Source: an uncultured Planctomycetota bacterium
GTDB taxonomy: Bacteria; Planctomycetota; Planctomycetia; Isosphaerales; Isosphaeraceae
Direction of reading: 5' to 3'
NCBI GenBank assembly: GCA_963823665.1
Contig: CAWGMQ010000011.1
Location: 800,001 to 864,000, forward strand
Length of the DNA stretch: 64,000 bases
Shown here: positions 21,266-32,352 of the stretch, piece by piece
Numbering within the stretch: position 1 is the first letter of the stretch
How the letters are laid out: each line of letters begins with the position of its first letter
Notes under the pieces: generated by a model
Seen by the model: only the letters and a program-made list of their open reading frames with translations
What the model was told of the DNA's origin: nothing
The model's database searches: none
Translations under genes and position numbers: made by a program

Positions 21266-22687
21266 TCATGACTCAATTCCGATCAGCTCTCCCTCGCCCA
21301 TCAGGTACCCGCGCTGGCCGTGTTGGGTGAGGTCGAGACCGAGGTCTTCCTCTTCCGCCGTGACCCGCAGGCCGATCAGGCGGTCGATTGCGACCAGGAG
21401 CACGGTTGTGACAACGACTGTGTAAAGCACGACAACGAGCGCGGCGCCGGCCTGCGCGACGAGCAGTTCCGTGTTGCCGGCGAGCAGACCGCCCGATCCG
21501 CCCGTAAGGCTGGCGGCCGCCACGAAGCCGAGCATGAGCACTCCGGCTAGCCCGCCCACGCCGTGCACACCGAAAACGTCGAGCGAGTCGTCGTAGCCCA
21601 GCTTTCCCTTCAGCGCAATCGCAAAATAGCACAAGGGCGCCACCATGAAGCCGATGGCGAAAGCGCCAAGCGGGCTCACATAACCGGCGGCCGGGCTCAC
21701 CGCAACCAGCCCGGCGACGGCGCCGGTACAGGCGCCCAGTACGGTGACCCTTCGTTTCTGAAGATACTCGAGCAGGCAGAAGCTCACGATCGCGGCCGCG
21801 CCGGCGAGGTTCGTCGACACGAACGCCACGACCGCGGCGCCGCTGGCGTCCCGAGCTCCCCCGGCGTTGAGGCCTTGCCATCCGAACCACAACAGACCGG
21901 TGCCCACAGCCGTGAGAGTCAAGTTGTGTGGGTGCAGGTCTTCATGGTCGAGGCCCCTGCGCTTGCCCACGACACGTACGCAGCAAAGGGCCGCCAGACC
22001 GGCGGTCAGATGAACGACCAACCCGCCGCCGAAATCGAGCGCCCCAAGTTGCTTGATCCAGCCGCCGGGCCCCCAGACCCAGTGGGCTACGGGGTCGTAC
22101 ACCAGCGTCGACCAGAGAACGGTGAAGATCAGGTACGACGAGAACTTCACCCGCTCGACGATCGCCCCGGAAATGAGGGCCGCTGAAAAAATCGCGATGA
22201 GCATCTGAAACATCATGAAGAGCTGGTGCGGTATCAAAGGCGCCACTGCCGGATTCGGATCGACGCCCACCCCGATGAGCAAGAGCCATCGCCCGCCGCC
22301 GCAGAAACCTCCGAGGGCGTTACCGCCAAAAGCCAGGCTGTAGCCGACGAGAAGCCACTGGAGCCCAATGGCTCCCAGCAGGATGAAGGTCTGCTGAAAC
22401 GCGGAGAGCACGTTCTTGCGGCGTGCCATTCCGCCGTAGAAGTGGCCGAGCGCCGGTATCATCGGCAATGTGAGTGCGCAGCAGAGCACCATCATCACGG
22501 TGTCGGCTGCCTGAAACGGAAGGTCCGGCGGCGGGGGCAGGGGCAAGTCGGCCCCGATCGTGCTCGGGTTCCCGGCGTCTTCACGAGCCTGCGCCGGCGT
22601 GCCTGCCCAGGCCCGCCGCGCCCCGATCCAGGCCGCCAGCAGCGCTGGCACGATCATCCACCAGATTACGTTCTTCCGTCTCGCCAT
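21266..22687 (-). CDS. amt: Ammonium transporter (Amt family), atypical gate residues
   Basis: FYGGM.R.KN, GAIVER, ALDFGGGLVVH, YDDSLDVFGVHGVGG, LRVTAEEEDLGLDLTQHG. Confidence 0.9.
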   Translation of the reverse strand: MARRKNVIWWMIVPALLAAWIGARRAWAGTPAQAREDAGNPSTIGADLPLPPPPDLPFQAADTVMMVLCCALTLPMIPALGHFYGGMARRKNVLSAFQQTFILLGAIGLQWLLVGYSLAFGGNALGGFCGGGRWLLLIGVGVDPNPAVAPLIPHQLFMMFQMLIAIFSAALISGAIVERVKFSSYLIFTVLWSTLVYDPVAHWVWGPGGWIKQLGALDFGGGLVVHLTAGLAALCCVRVVGKRRGLDHEDLHPHNLTLTAVGTGLLWFGWQGLNAGGARDASGAAVVAFVSTNLAGAAAIVSFCLLEYLQKRRVTVLGACTGAVAGLVAVSPAAGYVSPLGAFAIGFMVAPLCYFAIALKGKLGYDDSLDVFGVHGVGGLAGVLMLGFVAAASLTGGSGGLLAGNTELLVAQAGAALVVVLYTVVVTTVLLVAIDRLIGLRVTAEEEDLGLDLTQHGQRGYLMGEGELIGIES

Positions 22688-22943
22688 GATCGCGCTCCGC
22701 CAGCTCGCCGCTCAGACCATTCGCAGTCTGCAGCACAACACGCTGTTTGACTCGTCGTTCGGCCGGGGAGAGACGTCCCATGTTAGAGCCCGTGACCGGT
22801 TGTGAAAAGACGGTTGAGAGTAGCAAAGCGCCGTGCGATCAGGTGGGCCGCCAGGGATGCCCTCGCACGGATCGAAATGACCAGGCTGCCTTGAACATGT
22901 GCTGAGTAAACGAACACTCGCAGAGTCTCAGCCGGCCGCCTGA

Positions 22944-24773
22944 CTACTCCCGATCCCACGGTTGCGCCAGCGTTGGCTTGCCTGCGTATCGTTTCATGGT
23001 CATGGACAACCGCGCGCCAGCGCCTGGCTCGAGCCGTACGCGAAAACTTGAGCCATGCGGGTCGACGGTCCGGCCTTCGATCGAAACGCGTTCAAAGAGA
23101 TGCTCGCCGTACGCGCCACCCTGGATGATCACGTCTCGTGAATCAGACTGATTCAGGTTCACCAGAACGAGCGACGTCGAGCGGTCGGCGAGCTTTTCTA
23201 CGAGCGCCGCCACGTCTTCCGGCAAGCCAGGGCGACGGCGGCCCGGGTCGAAGTAACGAAGCCGCGCGTGCAGGACCTCGCCCTCGTGCTTGGGCGGCAG
23301 CCCGCCGAGCATCAGTTGAACGAGCAAACCCACCATGGCCGGGTTGAACGCCATCGGGTCGTCGGCCAACCGGGTGTCGGGCGTGGTCACATCCCGCCGC
23401 ATGGCCTCGACCTTGTGGCGGATTTTCTCAAATTCACCGCGCAGAGCGGCCTCGGGATAGGCGGGATTATTCCCGTCCAGAAACGACAGCCAGCTTGACT
23501 CGCCTACGGGCCGGCGATCCGCGTCGCGCATAGACCAGTAATAGAGCTCGAGGACTCCTTGTCTGTACGGATCGCTCCGGTAGTCGTACCACCCCTGGTC
23601 GCCGTACATATGGGGATAGACGGTGCGGCCATTCTCCTGGCGACTATGAGAATTGACCGCGACGATCTGCTTGCGCCAGGCATCGAGATATCGGTCGTCG
23701 CCGGTCAACAAATAGGCGTTGCCGAAGCCGTTGAGCGCCAGGTCGACGTGTGTGCGATGCGCGGGCCGCTTGGTGGCCGGGTCGATGACGGTGAACCCCC
23801 AGCCGTAGACGCCCCCATACCATTTTCCACCGCAGGCGCCGCCGATCGTGCCGTCCAATCCGATGTTCGAAGGAATGATGCCGCCGTTTGCGCACATTCG
23901 CTCGAGCCAGGCGTCGACGTACTCGATGATCCATTGCCGGTAGCGATCCTCGTGGGTGAGCATGAAGGCGTTGAGCGCGAGCGTCGTCGCGCTCAGGTTC
24001 ATCGGCGAGTCGCCGATGATGTCGTTGTAGTCCTTGAAATGCTCGAGCATCTGCGCGTAGCTGTGCTCGCCGTGCCCGAGGTGGAAGCGGTTTTCGACCT
24101 CGATCGGGTCGCCCGCCCAGTCGAGGGCGGTTGCCTTCCGAAGCAACGGCCCCCGGCTGCCGTTGAACAGGCTGCGGATGATCTTGTGCTTCGGATCGTA
24201 ATTCGGAGCGCCGGGATCGTCGTTCAGGTAGAACCCAGCGTACCGCGTCACTCGCTGAGAGAACCGGGCATCCCGCGGGTCACATAGACCCTCGAGGTTG
24301 AAGACCGAAAGCCCTTCGCCCAGATGCAGCCAGTCGAACATGACGTGGAATTCCTTGTAATACATCCCGTCACGCGCAAACGGCACATCCTTGGTCCGGG
24401 CCAGCGTGTACTGCCGGAGGTTTCCTTCCCACGCTTTCTTGAACATGCTGAGGATCGAGTCGGAGGCGCCGAGAGCATAGAGCACCGGCCAGTCATTCAC
24501 ATTCTCGATCGCGTCGTCCGGCCCGTCGTCGCCCCCCCAGCGCTCGACGCATTGGAGGTAGCCTCGATCGTCGAAGTACTTTTTGTAGAATTCCTCACAC
24601 GCGCGGGTACTGGCGCGAAGCAGCTCGCGTTCCAGGAGCGCCCAGGATGGCGGCGCCATGGGCGTCTCGAGGCGAAGCACGGCCTCCTCACCCGCCGCCG
24701 CACCGCGCGCGAAGGACACAACCAGGGCGATCGCGAACACTCCGGCCCAGATCCTCGATAAGTAGTTCCTCAT
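22944..24773 (-). CDS. Secreted uncharacterised 609-aa protein (possible helical-barrel enzyme)
   Basis: Long ORF with signal peptide and acidic motif WGGDDGPDDAIEN; synonymous-only divergence from its partial copy supports coding status. Confidence 0.8.
   Translation of the reverse strand: MRNYLSRIWAGVFAIALVVSFARGAAAGEEAVLRLETPMAPPSWALLERELLRASTRACEEFYKKYFDDRGYLQCVERWGGDDGPDDAIENVNDWPVLYALGASDSILSMFKKAWEGNLRQYTLARTKDVPFARDGMYYKEFHVMFDWLHLGEGLSVFNLEGLCDPRDARFSQRVTRYAGFYLNDDPGAPNYDPKHKIIRSLFNGSRGPLLRKATALDWAGDPIEVENRFHLGHGEHSYAQMLEHFKDYNDIIGDSPMNLSATTLALNAFMLTHEDRYRQWIIEYVDAWLERMCANGGIIPSNIGLDGTIGGACGGKWYGGVYGWGFTVIDPATKRPAHRTHVDLALNGFGNAYLLTGDDRYLDAWRKQIVAVNSHSRQENGRTVYPHMYGDQGWYDYRSDPYRQGVLELYYWSMRDADRRPVGESSWLSFLDGNNPAYPEAALRGEFEKIRHKVEAMRRDVTTPDTRLADDPMAFNPAMVGLLVQLMLGGLPPKHEGEVLHARLRYFDPGRRRPGLPEDVAALVEKLADRSTSLVLVNLNQSDSRDVIIQGGAYGEHLFERVSIEGRTVDPHGSSFRVRLEPGAGARLSMTMKRYAGKPTLAQPWDRE
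23973..24644. repeat. 672-bp direct repeat, copy 1 (copy 2 at 28576-29247)
   Basis: Aligned by eye at offset 4603; about 17 mismatches and no indels. Confidence 0.92.
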
Positions 24774-25226
24774 TTCGCGTAATTCCGCACCATGGTCGAA
24801 CAGTGAAATAAACCCTTCGCAATCACGGCCACTGGATTAGTCAGCCAGCCGAGTTTCTCGCGCGCCGCGAGCAACGTCAACGCACCGCGCCCGCTACCAG
24901 CCAGGGACGAACGGAAATCACTGATTACAGAAGTGGGGCAGTGCATCTTGAGCCAATCTGTTGCTGCTTTCCTGCTTTCCTAATTCAACCACCGCCAGGG
25001 GAGAGAGGGCGGGACCGAGCACGGAATGAAGGCCAGTTTCGACCAGATAGAGACTGCCAGACGAAGCGGTGATGCTGGTGTCTTCGTTGCAGGTGCGCGC
25101 AACGACTCAGCTCGACATGCTGCGAAACACGCGGAGTCAGATGAAGTCATAGATATGGCGTGGCAAAGATCGGCGTTGACGGGCCGGCCAGGCGTTCGAG
25201 CTTGATTAGTTCGGCGCGACGACGGG

Positions 25227-28200
25227 TTAGTTGCGGCTCTCCAACTTGGCAGCGAGCGCCTCGACGTCGTTCCAAAGTTGCTTGAACGTGGCTCGCTCCT
25301 CGTCCGAGAGCTTCGCAAGCTCTTGGGTGTCGCGAATGCCGGCCAGGTCTATGTCTTCCTGCCAGTGCTTGAGGGTGGAAGCCACGAACGGCCTGGCTTG
25401 AGGCGGGCCGGAGTCGACGATCTTAGACCAGGCACCCAATTCAGCCTTGAGCCAGTCGAGAGCGTGCCGGCGTAGCTTGGCCTTGGTGGCATTGTCTGGC
25501 GGTGGATCGTCGCTCCCCTTCCCGCTGCCGGCCAGCGCAGCGGAGCAGGCGGCGTTATAGCGGTGCTGAGTCTGGCGATTGTCGCCGAGCCCGGGGTCGG
25601 CCGCCAGCGCCTCGGCCCAGAACCGTGCGGACGTCGCGTGTAACGTCTTGTCGTAGGCTCTCTTTGCGAGTGCCAGCCGTTCAACCTCGTCCGTTGACTG
25701 TTGATGGCCCTTGATGATCCCGGCCAGCCGCGCGTCGAGGGCGGCCTTGGCTGGGTCCGAATCGCGAAGCTTCGCCAGGTCACGCTCGGCCTCGGCGGCG
25801 CCGGCGGAGTCGCTGAGCCCCTGGAGAGCGCTGATCAGGTTGACCAGGTGATTGTCGAGGAACTGTCGATAGTTCGGGTTCATGGGATTGGTGGCCAGGG
25901 CCTTGCTCTGCGATTCGACGGCTTGGCGAAGCCGGTCGCGAGCGTTCTCGAAGCGTCTCCCGCGGATGTCGATTGTTGCCAGGTTATTCAAGGTCGCTCC
26001 CAGATCGCTGGCGAAATCGGGCGATTCGGGGTGTTCCAGCGCCAGCGCCTGGCAGATCGTCAGGGCCGACTCGTAGGACTTGAGCGCCTCGGCGGTCTTC
26101 CCTATATCGCGCAGCAGGTTGCCCGTGTTGATGTGGCTGCCCGCCACGTCGCCCCTGAACTTCGGGACAGTCGGGTTTGCGTCGGCCAGCTTCTGGCGGA
26201 TCAGGATCGCCGAATCGTAGAAATTGTGCGCCTCCGAGGGCTTGCCGGTGGCGCTTAGTAGGTTGGCGATGTTGGTTTGGCTAGTCGCCAGGTCGAACAT
26301 GAATGCTGTCACGGTGGGGTTGGCGTCGAAGAGTTTCTGACGGATCACAAGCGCCTTCTCCAGGGCCTTGAGCGATTCGGCCGGCTTCCCGGTGGCCCAC
26401 AGCAAGTTGCCGATGTTGGTGTGGCTGCCCGCCAGATCGCGTTGGATCTCGGGGTTTTTGGAGTCGGCGTCGGCCAGTCTCTGCCAGATTGCCAGCGCCT
26501 TCGCGTGGGCCTCGAGCGCCTCGGCGGGCTTGGCGGTGACGCTCAGCAGAACACCGATGTTGTTGTAGCTGAGCGCCAAGTTGTACTGGAAATCAGCAGG
26601 AGTGGCGCTTCCGCCGGCCAGCTCTCGACGGATCGCCAGCGCGTGTTCGTGGGCCTCGAGCGCCTCGGCCGGCTTTCCGCTGGCGCTCAGCAAGAGTCCG
26701 ATGTTGTTGAGCGTGGTCGCCAGAGCGCTTTTGAAGTTCGAAATCTTTGGGGTTGGCGCCGGCGAGTTGTTGATAGATTTTGAGCGCCCTCTGGTAGGCC
26801 TCGAGCGCCTCGGCCGGCGTTGCATTGGCACTCAGCAGGTTGCCGATGTTGTTGTGGGTGACCGCGAGGGCACGCTGCAACGAGGTGTCGGTGGGATTGG
26901 CCTCGGCCAGCGGCTGCAAGACGGCCAGGGATTCCCGGTAGGCGGTCACGGCGTCTTGCTTGTCGCCGATCTGGTCGCTCAGGATGGCCAGCTCACGGCT
27001 GGCTTCGGCCAGACGTAACAGCGATTCCGGGCGGGAGTCGCGGTCGGTTTGCACGCGGTTGCGAAGGCCGCGGAAGAACTCGAGCGGCTCCTTGAGCAAC
27101 GTCCTGCGCAGTTCCTCGAGCTCGGGCGTGTTCTTGAGCTTGGGGTTTTCGGCCACGGCGTCGCGGAACTTCTTCACGGCGTCGATCGCCAGTGCCTCGC
27201 GGGCTTGCACTTTGGCGTTGGCGTCGATCAGGGCGGTATTGGCCATTTCCGCCCGGATCAGCCCCCAAGTCGCCACCGTGATGCCGCCCAGCAGGGCCAG
27301 CAGCACCAGACTCGCGGCGATCACTGCGCCACGGTTCTTGCGGACGAACTTTCGCAGCCGGTAGGCGCGGCGTGGCGGCGCAGCCACGACCGGCTCGTAG
27401 GCCAGGTGCCGTGAAACGTCGTCCGCGAATCCGTTGGCCGTCTCGTACCGCCGAGTGCGATCTTTCTCGATCGCCTTCATCACGATCCAGTCGAGGTCGC
27501 CCTTGAGCACCCGCTTCAGTTGTTCGGGCTCGATATTGCGGCTGGCGGCGATACTGGGCAGGGCGTCCGCGGTGCTCACCTTGGTGCTCGGCCGTGGTGG
27601 CTCGACCTCCCGCACCATCCGAAGCATTTCCAGGATCGCCCCTCGCCCCAACTCCCTGGCGTCGATCGGCGGCGAGCCTGCGAGCAGCTCGTATAGGATC
27701 ACCCCCAGCGCGTAGATATCCGTTCGGGTGTCGATGTCCATCGAAGACGGGTCGGCCTGCTCCGGTGACATGTACGCCGGTGTGCCGACGATCACCCCTG
27801 TATCGCCCAGGCTCAAGTCGGTGAGATCGAATTCCGTTGCCTTGGCGACGCCGAAATCGATGACCTTCGGGGTCGGCCGTCCGTCGACATCGGTGACCAG
27901 GACGTTGCTCGGCTTCAAGTCGCGGTGGATGATTCCCTTCTGATGGGCGTGTTGCACCGCGTGGCAGACGGCCACGAACAACTCCAGCCGCGAGCGAACG
28001 GACAACCGCTTGCTGTCGGAATATTCGGTGATCGGCACTCCTTGCACGAGCTCCATCACGAAAAACGGTTGGCCGGCGGCGGTCGTGCCGCCGTCGAAGA
28101 CGCGGGCGATGTTGGGATGGTCCATCAGCGCAAGCGCCTGCCGCTCGGCGTCGAACCGAGCGAGCACCGCACGCGAGTCCATGCCGATCTTGATCAGCTT

Positions 28201-28479
28201 GAGCGCCACCTGACGCTTGACCGGCTCGGTCTGGTCGGCCCGATAGACGGTTCCCATCCCTCCCTCGCCGAGCGGTTCGAGCAGCGTGTACCGGCCGGCG
28301 ATCACCTGGCCCGCGACGACTGCGCCGAGCCCGCAGCTCGGCGGCCCGCCCGTAAACGTGCTGGAGGCTATCCCTCGTCTGTGCTCGCCGGTCGCCAGTT
28401 CCGACGGCGCACGTGTTTCCGGGTCGGAGGGCTCCGTCGCGTCCAGGTCTGCTGTCAAGTGGGGGTCGGCATCGGGCAT
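25227..28479 (-). CDS. Ser/Thr kinase with TM helix and long-period TPR-like repeats; one frameshift (~26728)
   Basis: [51 protein letters not shown]...GKPAEAL repeats. Confidence 0.88.
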
Positions 28480-28554
28480 CGGTTCACCTCCGCGATGAGT
28501 TCTCACTCACAATACCGCGTCCGGCTCGCGAGTGCACCACGGGATCTGTAACAG

Positions 28555-29418
28555 TCAGACTACCAACCAAGCGTCGAGCGCGAGCGTCGTCGCGCTCAGG
28601 TTCATCGGCGAGTCGCCGATGATGTCGTTGTAGTCCTTGAAATGCTCGAGCATCTGCGCGTAGCTATGCTCGCCGTGCCCGAGGTGGAAGCGGTTTTCGA
28701 CCTCGATCGGGTCGCCTGCCCAGTCGAGGGCCGTCGCCTTGCGAAGCAACGGACCCCGACTGCCATTGAACAAGCTGCGGATGATCTTGTGCTTCGGATC
28801 GTAGTTCGGTGCGCCCGGGTCGTCGTTCAGGTAGAACCCAGCGTACCGCGTCACTCGCTGAGAGAACCGGGCATCCCGCGGGTCACATAGACCCTCGAGG
28901 TTGAAGACCGAAAGCCCTTCGCCCAGATGCAGCCAGTCGAACATGACGTGGAATTCCTTGTAATACATCCCGTCACGCGCAAACGGCACATCCTTGGTCC
29001 GGGCCAGCGTGTACTGCCGGAGGTTTCCTTCCCACGCTTTCTTGAACATGCTGAGGATCGAGTCGGAGGCGCCGAGAGCATAGAGCACCGGCCAGTCATT
29101 CACATTCTCGATCGCGTCGTCCGGCCCGTCGTCGCCCCCCCAGCGCTCAACGCATTGGAGGTAGCCTCGATCGTCGAAGTACTTTTTGTAGAATTCCTCG
29201 CAGGCGCGGGTGCTGGCGCGAAGCAGCTCGCGTTCCAGGAGCGCCCATGAGGGGGGCGGCATGGGCTTCTCGATCCGCAGCGTCGCTTCCAGCGGCACGG
29301 CCCCGCGCGAAGCTGCGCTCCAGGGCAAAAGAACAACGAGGACGACCATCCTGGACCCAACGCACTGCCAATTGTTCGGCATTGGATTCGACTCCACCCT
29401 CGAAAAAGGTGATGCCAT
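28555..29418 (-). pseudogene. 3'-truncated paralog of the 609-aa gene with a different N-terminus
   Basis: Protein is identical to 22944-24773 from PPSWALLERE to SATTLAL, then stops within 6 codons. Confidence 0.8.
28576..29247. repeat. 672-bp direct repeat, copy 2
   Basis: Matches 23973-24644. Confidence 0.92.
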
Positions 29419-29648
29419 TTGAAGCGAGTGATCATTTCTACCCTTGGATCCGCCCGTTCGCCACGCTTGGGCGGCGGTATCCCTCTCCGGGCAACGCGAT
29501 CGAAGAGCTGTCGAGATCGTCGTCTAGCCCCGACGACAACAGGATTGCAAACGCCGAAATTCAAGGCATGATCGAGGTGTGGGACGGGACGCCGGTCCCA
29601 AGCGATTCTGACGGATGCATCGACACGAACCGCCTCGTCAACTCGTGA

Positions 29649-30170
29649 GATGCCGTGCGAGCTGGGGCCGACTCGATCGAACACGCAACCGACATGGACG
29701 ACGACACGCTGGCCGAGATGGTGCGGAGGAAGACGTTTTACGTCCCGACGATCGATCATAATCGCTATTACTGTGACGCTCGCGAGCAGTTCGGCTACGG
29801 TCCAGACGTCGCAACACGCTTGCAGGCGTACCTCAATCGCAACCTCGAGACCGCGCACAAGGCCGGTGTGCGGTTTGCGATGGGCTCTGACGCCGTATTC
29901 ACCATGTTCGGCCAGAATGCGCGCGAGCTGAGCTGGTTCGTCAAAGCCGGAATGACTCCGGCGGAGGCGCTTGCTGCCGCCACAAGCAACGGGGCGGCAT
30001 TACTCGGGATGGAGAAAAGCCTCGGCGCGGTCGCGTCCGGCTATTATGCCGATCTGGTGGCAGTCGAAGGTGATCCACTCGCGGATATCAGCGCCGTGAC
30101 CGATCGCGTGCGGTGGGTGATGAAGGGCGGTAAAGTCGTCGTCGACAAAACAAGTCCCCCGACCCATTAG
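29649..30170 (+). pseudogene. C-terminal fragment of a metal-dependent amidohydrolase
   Basis: AGADSIEH, FAMGSDA, GMTPAEAL.AATSNGA.LLG, ADLVAVEGDPLADI, VMKGG; in-frame TGA at 29646 and no N-terminal HxH region. Confidence 0.82.
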
Positions 30171-30177
30171 TTACTCA

Positions 30178-30406
30178 TACTCACCTTTGTACAAGGCTCC
30201 CATCGATCTCCTCCAAGGCATGGCGTTCCGTTCGGAACGAGCGGGTCCGGTGCGCCAGGGTTTCGTCGGCACGTACGAGAGCGCTCTCCAGCACGAATTC
30301 GCTGACGTCCGGCCCGCCGATTGCGCGGCACAGCGAACTCCCGCAATGGACTTCTTGCCGTTTCGGTGCGAAGATCGATCGTCGGGCGATGGCGATGTGA
30401 CGCCAT
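30178..30406 (-). pseudogene. Degraded DUF1778/TacA-like antitoxin
   Basis: Pieces in three frames: IDLRTETARS.L / AAQSAGRT / VSEFVLESALVRADETLAHRTR; no GNAT toxin nearby. Confidence 0.55.
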
Positions 30407-30468
30407 GAGCGGCGCTTCGAATCGACCGGAGAAGGCCCGGACGCGATCCGCGATAGATGGGAGGCAGT

Positions 30469-31569
30469 ATGGACCCAACGGTGCGCGAATCAGTGGAACG
30501 GCTCGAAGAGCGGGTCGGCCGTCTTTCGAGCCAGATGGACGAATTGCGCCAGAACGTACGGCAGGTTGCTGCCGTTGCAGAGGCCGATCCGGAGATGGCG
30601 CTGACGAAGGCGCGCAAAGTGCTAGAAAGCGTGCTCCGCCGGGTGTGGGAGCACTTCATACCGAATGAGCCGATCGGGACCCGGCCGCTCGAGGAAGTAC
30701 TCCAGCGGCTTCAGAAGAACGGCTATCTTCCGCGCAAGCAAGCGGCGTACGCAGTCGCCGTGAAGGAACTGGGCAACGTCGGCACTCATGTCCAGTCCAC
30801 GACGAGAAGGTAGACAAGAGGGATGTGGCGCAGGCCCTCAACCCGTTGATTGCGGTCCTGGAGTGGTACTTCGATCAGGACTGGGTGGAGGGCAGCGCTC
30901 CGGCGAAGCCAGGCAAACCAGACCCGCCTGTCGACACCGGCTTCGGTCCGGTGCACGTTGGTGGCAAACCCGAGCGCGGCTGGAGCCCGCGGCTCGTCGT
31001 CGGATTGGCTTTCGCGCTCGGCGTGATGCTGGCAGCGGTCATCGCCGTCGGATTCTCTGGCATGTTCCGGGGCCGGGAGACCACTTCTCCGGGCGCCGAG
31101 CCGACTGCTCGGACGGTCGCTGAGCCGGTCACTCCGGCAATCGCCGCGAAAGCACCCCGATCTGACGAGGATCGAATTCAAGGCCGGTGGCAGTCGGTGG
31201 AGGGGCAAGCCAACACGAGAAAAACCGCCGGCATCAAAGAGACCGACCACGTGTGGATTTGGACGTTTCGGGGCACGCACCTGTCGACCGGCTCGCTGGC
31301 TGACGGAAAGGTACAAGCCAACGATCGCGGGACATTCTCGCTGAGCCGGAGCGGCGAGCAAAGGTTGTTCGACTTCGAGGGCACGCGGCCGAATGGCGCT
31401 GACGGTCGAGCTCAAGGGAATCTACGAGTTTGAGGGCGAGTTCCTTAAAGTCTGCTATACGTTCCGCACTGCGGTGGATGAAAGCCGCCCCTTCGCGCGG
31501 CCAAAATCGTTCGTCCTGGAACGCGGCACTCGAGGACTTTGACTGAAATTCACGCGTGTGGGCGAGTAG
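30469..31569 (+). CDS. DUF4145 (HEPN-like) - TM - TIGR03067-like fusion; disrupted at ~30795, ~31398 and by TGA at 31540
   Basis: GGAGG RBS; DPEMALTKARKVLE...KELGNVGTH; TM LVVGLAFALGVMLAAVIAVG; DRIQGRW..V...GIYEFEGEFLKVCY...RPKSF. Confidence 0.65.
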
Positions 31570-31602
31570 TAGTGTTTCCGGCCAGCCTCGCTCAACGCCT
31601 GG

Positions 31603-32352
31603 CTATGCAAATAGATCGACTATCGTCGCATTCCCGCAGTGCTGCTCGATCGCACGGCGCGCCAGATTGAACCACCGCGAGCAAACGTCGAGCACGGCGC
31701 TGTCAGCAGTCGCCACGATTTCGCATGAAGCTTTCAAAAGCGGATCAGGGTCGACGACCAGGTCGACCAGCCAGTCGAGTCGGCGTTCCTCGGCGTGGCG
31801 GAGAACAAGGCTCCGAATCCGCCCGCTGTTGGAAACCGGGCGGTCAAAGAGCCAGCGGCAGTGGCGGACGTTCAAGCCGGAGATTGTCTCCGCCAGGAGC
31901 ACGATCGCCGGGCTTGTCTCGTCGACACGGCGGTGCGTCCCGTGCAACCCGGCGATGTCGCGATAGGTCTCGTCCCGGCACGCGAGTACGACGGCACCTC
32001 CCAGAGCCGACTCGACGGTGGTGAGGACATTGAAGCCGTCGATGATCAGCTCGCACCCTGCCAGTTCGACTTCGCGGCAGATCCGTTCGAGACGTCTGGC
32101 GCGGGCATCGTCCGAGCAGGTCGCCCGGTGCACCGCCTGGCGCTGTCGCTCAGTCAAGCGGTAGCGATCACCGGTGAGCTTGAGCGACGACGGCGCTGCG
32201 TAGCCCTTCGAGAGCAACCAGGCGAAATCGGCTGCGGCCGCGCGCAGGGCCGGGAGGCTCGCGGCATCGAAGGCCGAGGCATCTCGCGGGTCCTGGCCAC
32301 GATGAGATGGCCTCGCAGGCACCTCGATCGGCGTTTCGTCGTTATCGCTCAT
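31603..32352 (-). CDS. DUF434-domain protein with PIN/NYN-like C-terminal domain
   Basis: HRGQDPRD, LLSKGY, GDRYRL..RQR, IDGFNVLTTVE, RDIAGLHGT, DRPVSNSG, VATADSAVLD. Confidence 0.8.
   Translation of the reverse strand: MSDNDETPIEVPARPSHRGQDPRDASAFDAASLPALRAAAADFAWLLSKGYAAPSSLKLTGDRYRLTERQRQAVHRATCSDDARARRLERICREVELAGCELIIDGFNVLTTVESALGGAVVLACRDETYRDIAGLHGTHRRVDETSPAIVLLAETISGLNVRHCRWLFDRPVSNSGRIRSLVLRHAEERRLDWLVDLVVDPDPLLKASCEIVATADSAVLDVCSRWFNLARRAIEQHCGNATIVDLFA

Noticed and set aside
24964..24990. CTGCTTTC tandem (ctgctttcctgctttcctaattc)
   Set aside because: Only two units and one occurrence in the window; too little to support a feature.
23973..29247. Repeat pair considered as a diversity-generating retroelement template/variable region
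   Set aside because: Mismatches are synonymous and not adenine-specific, the repeat is longer than typical, and no reverse transcriptase is in the window.
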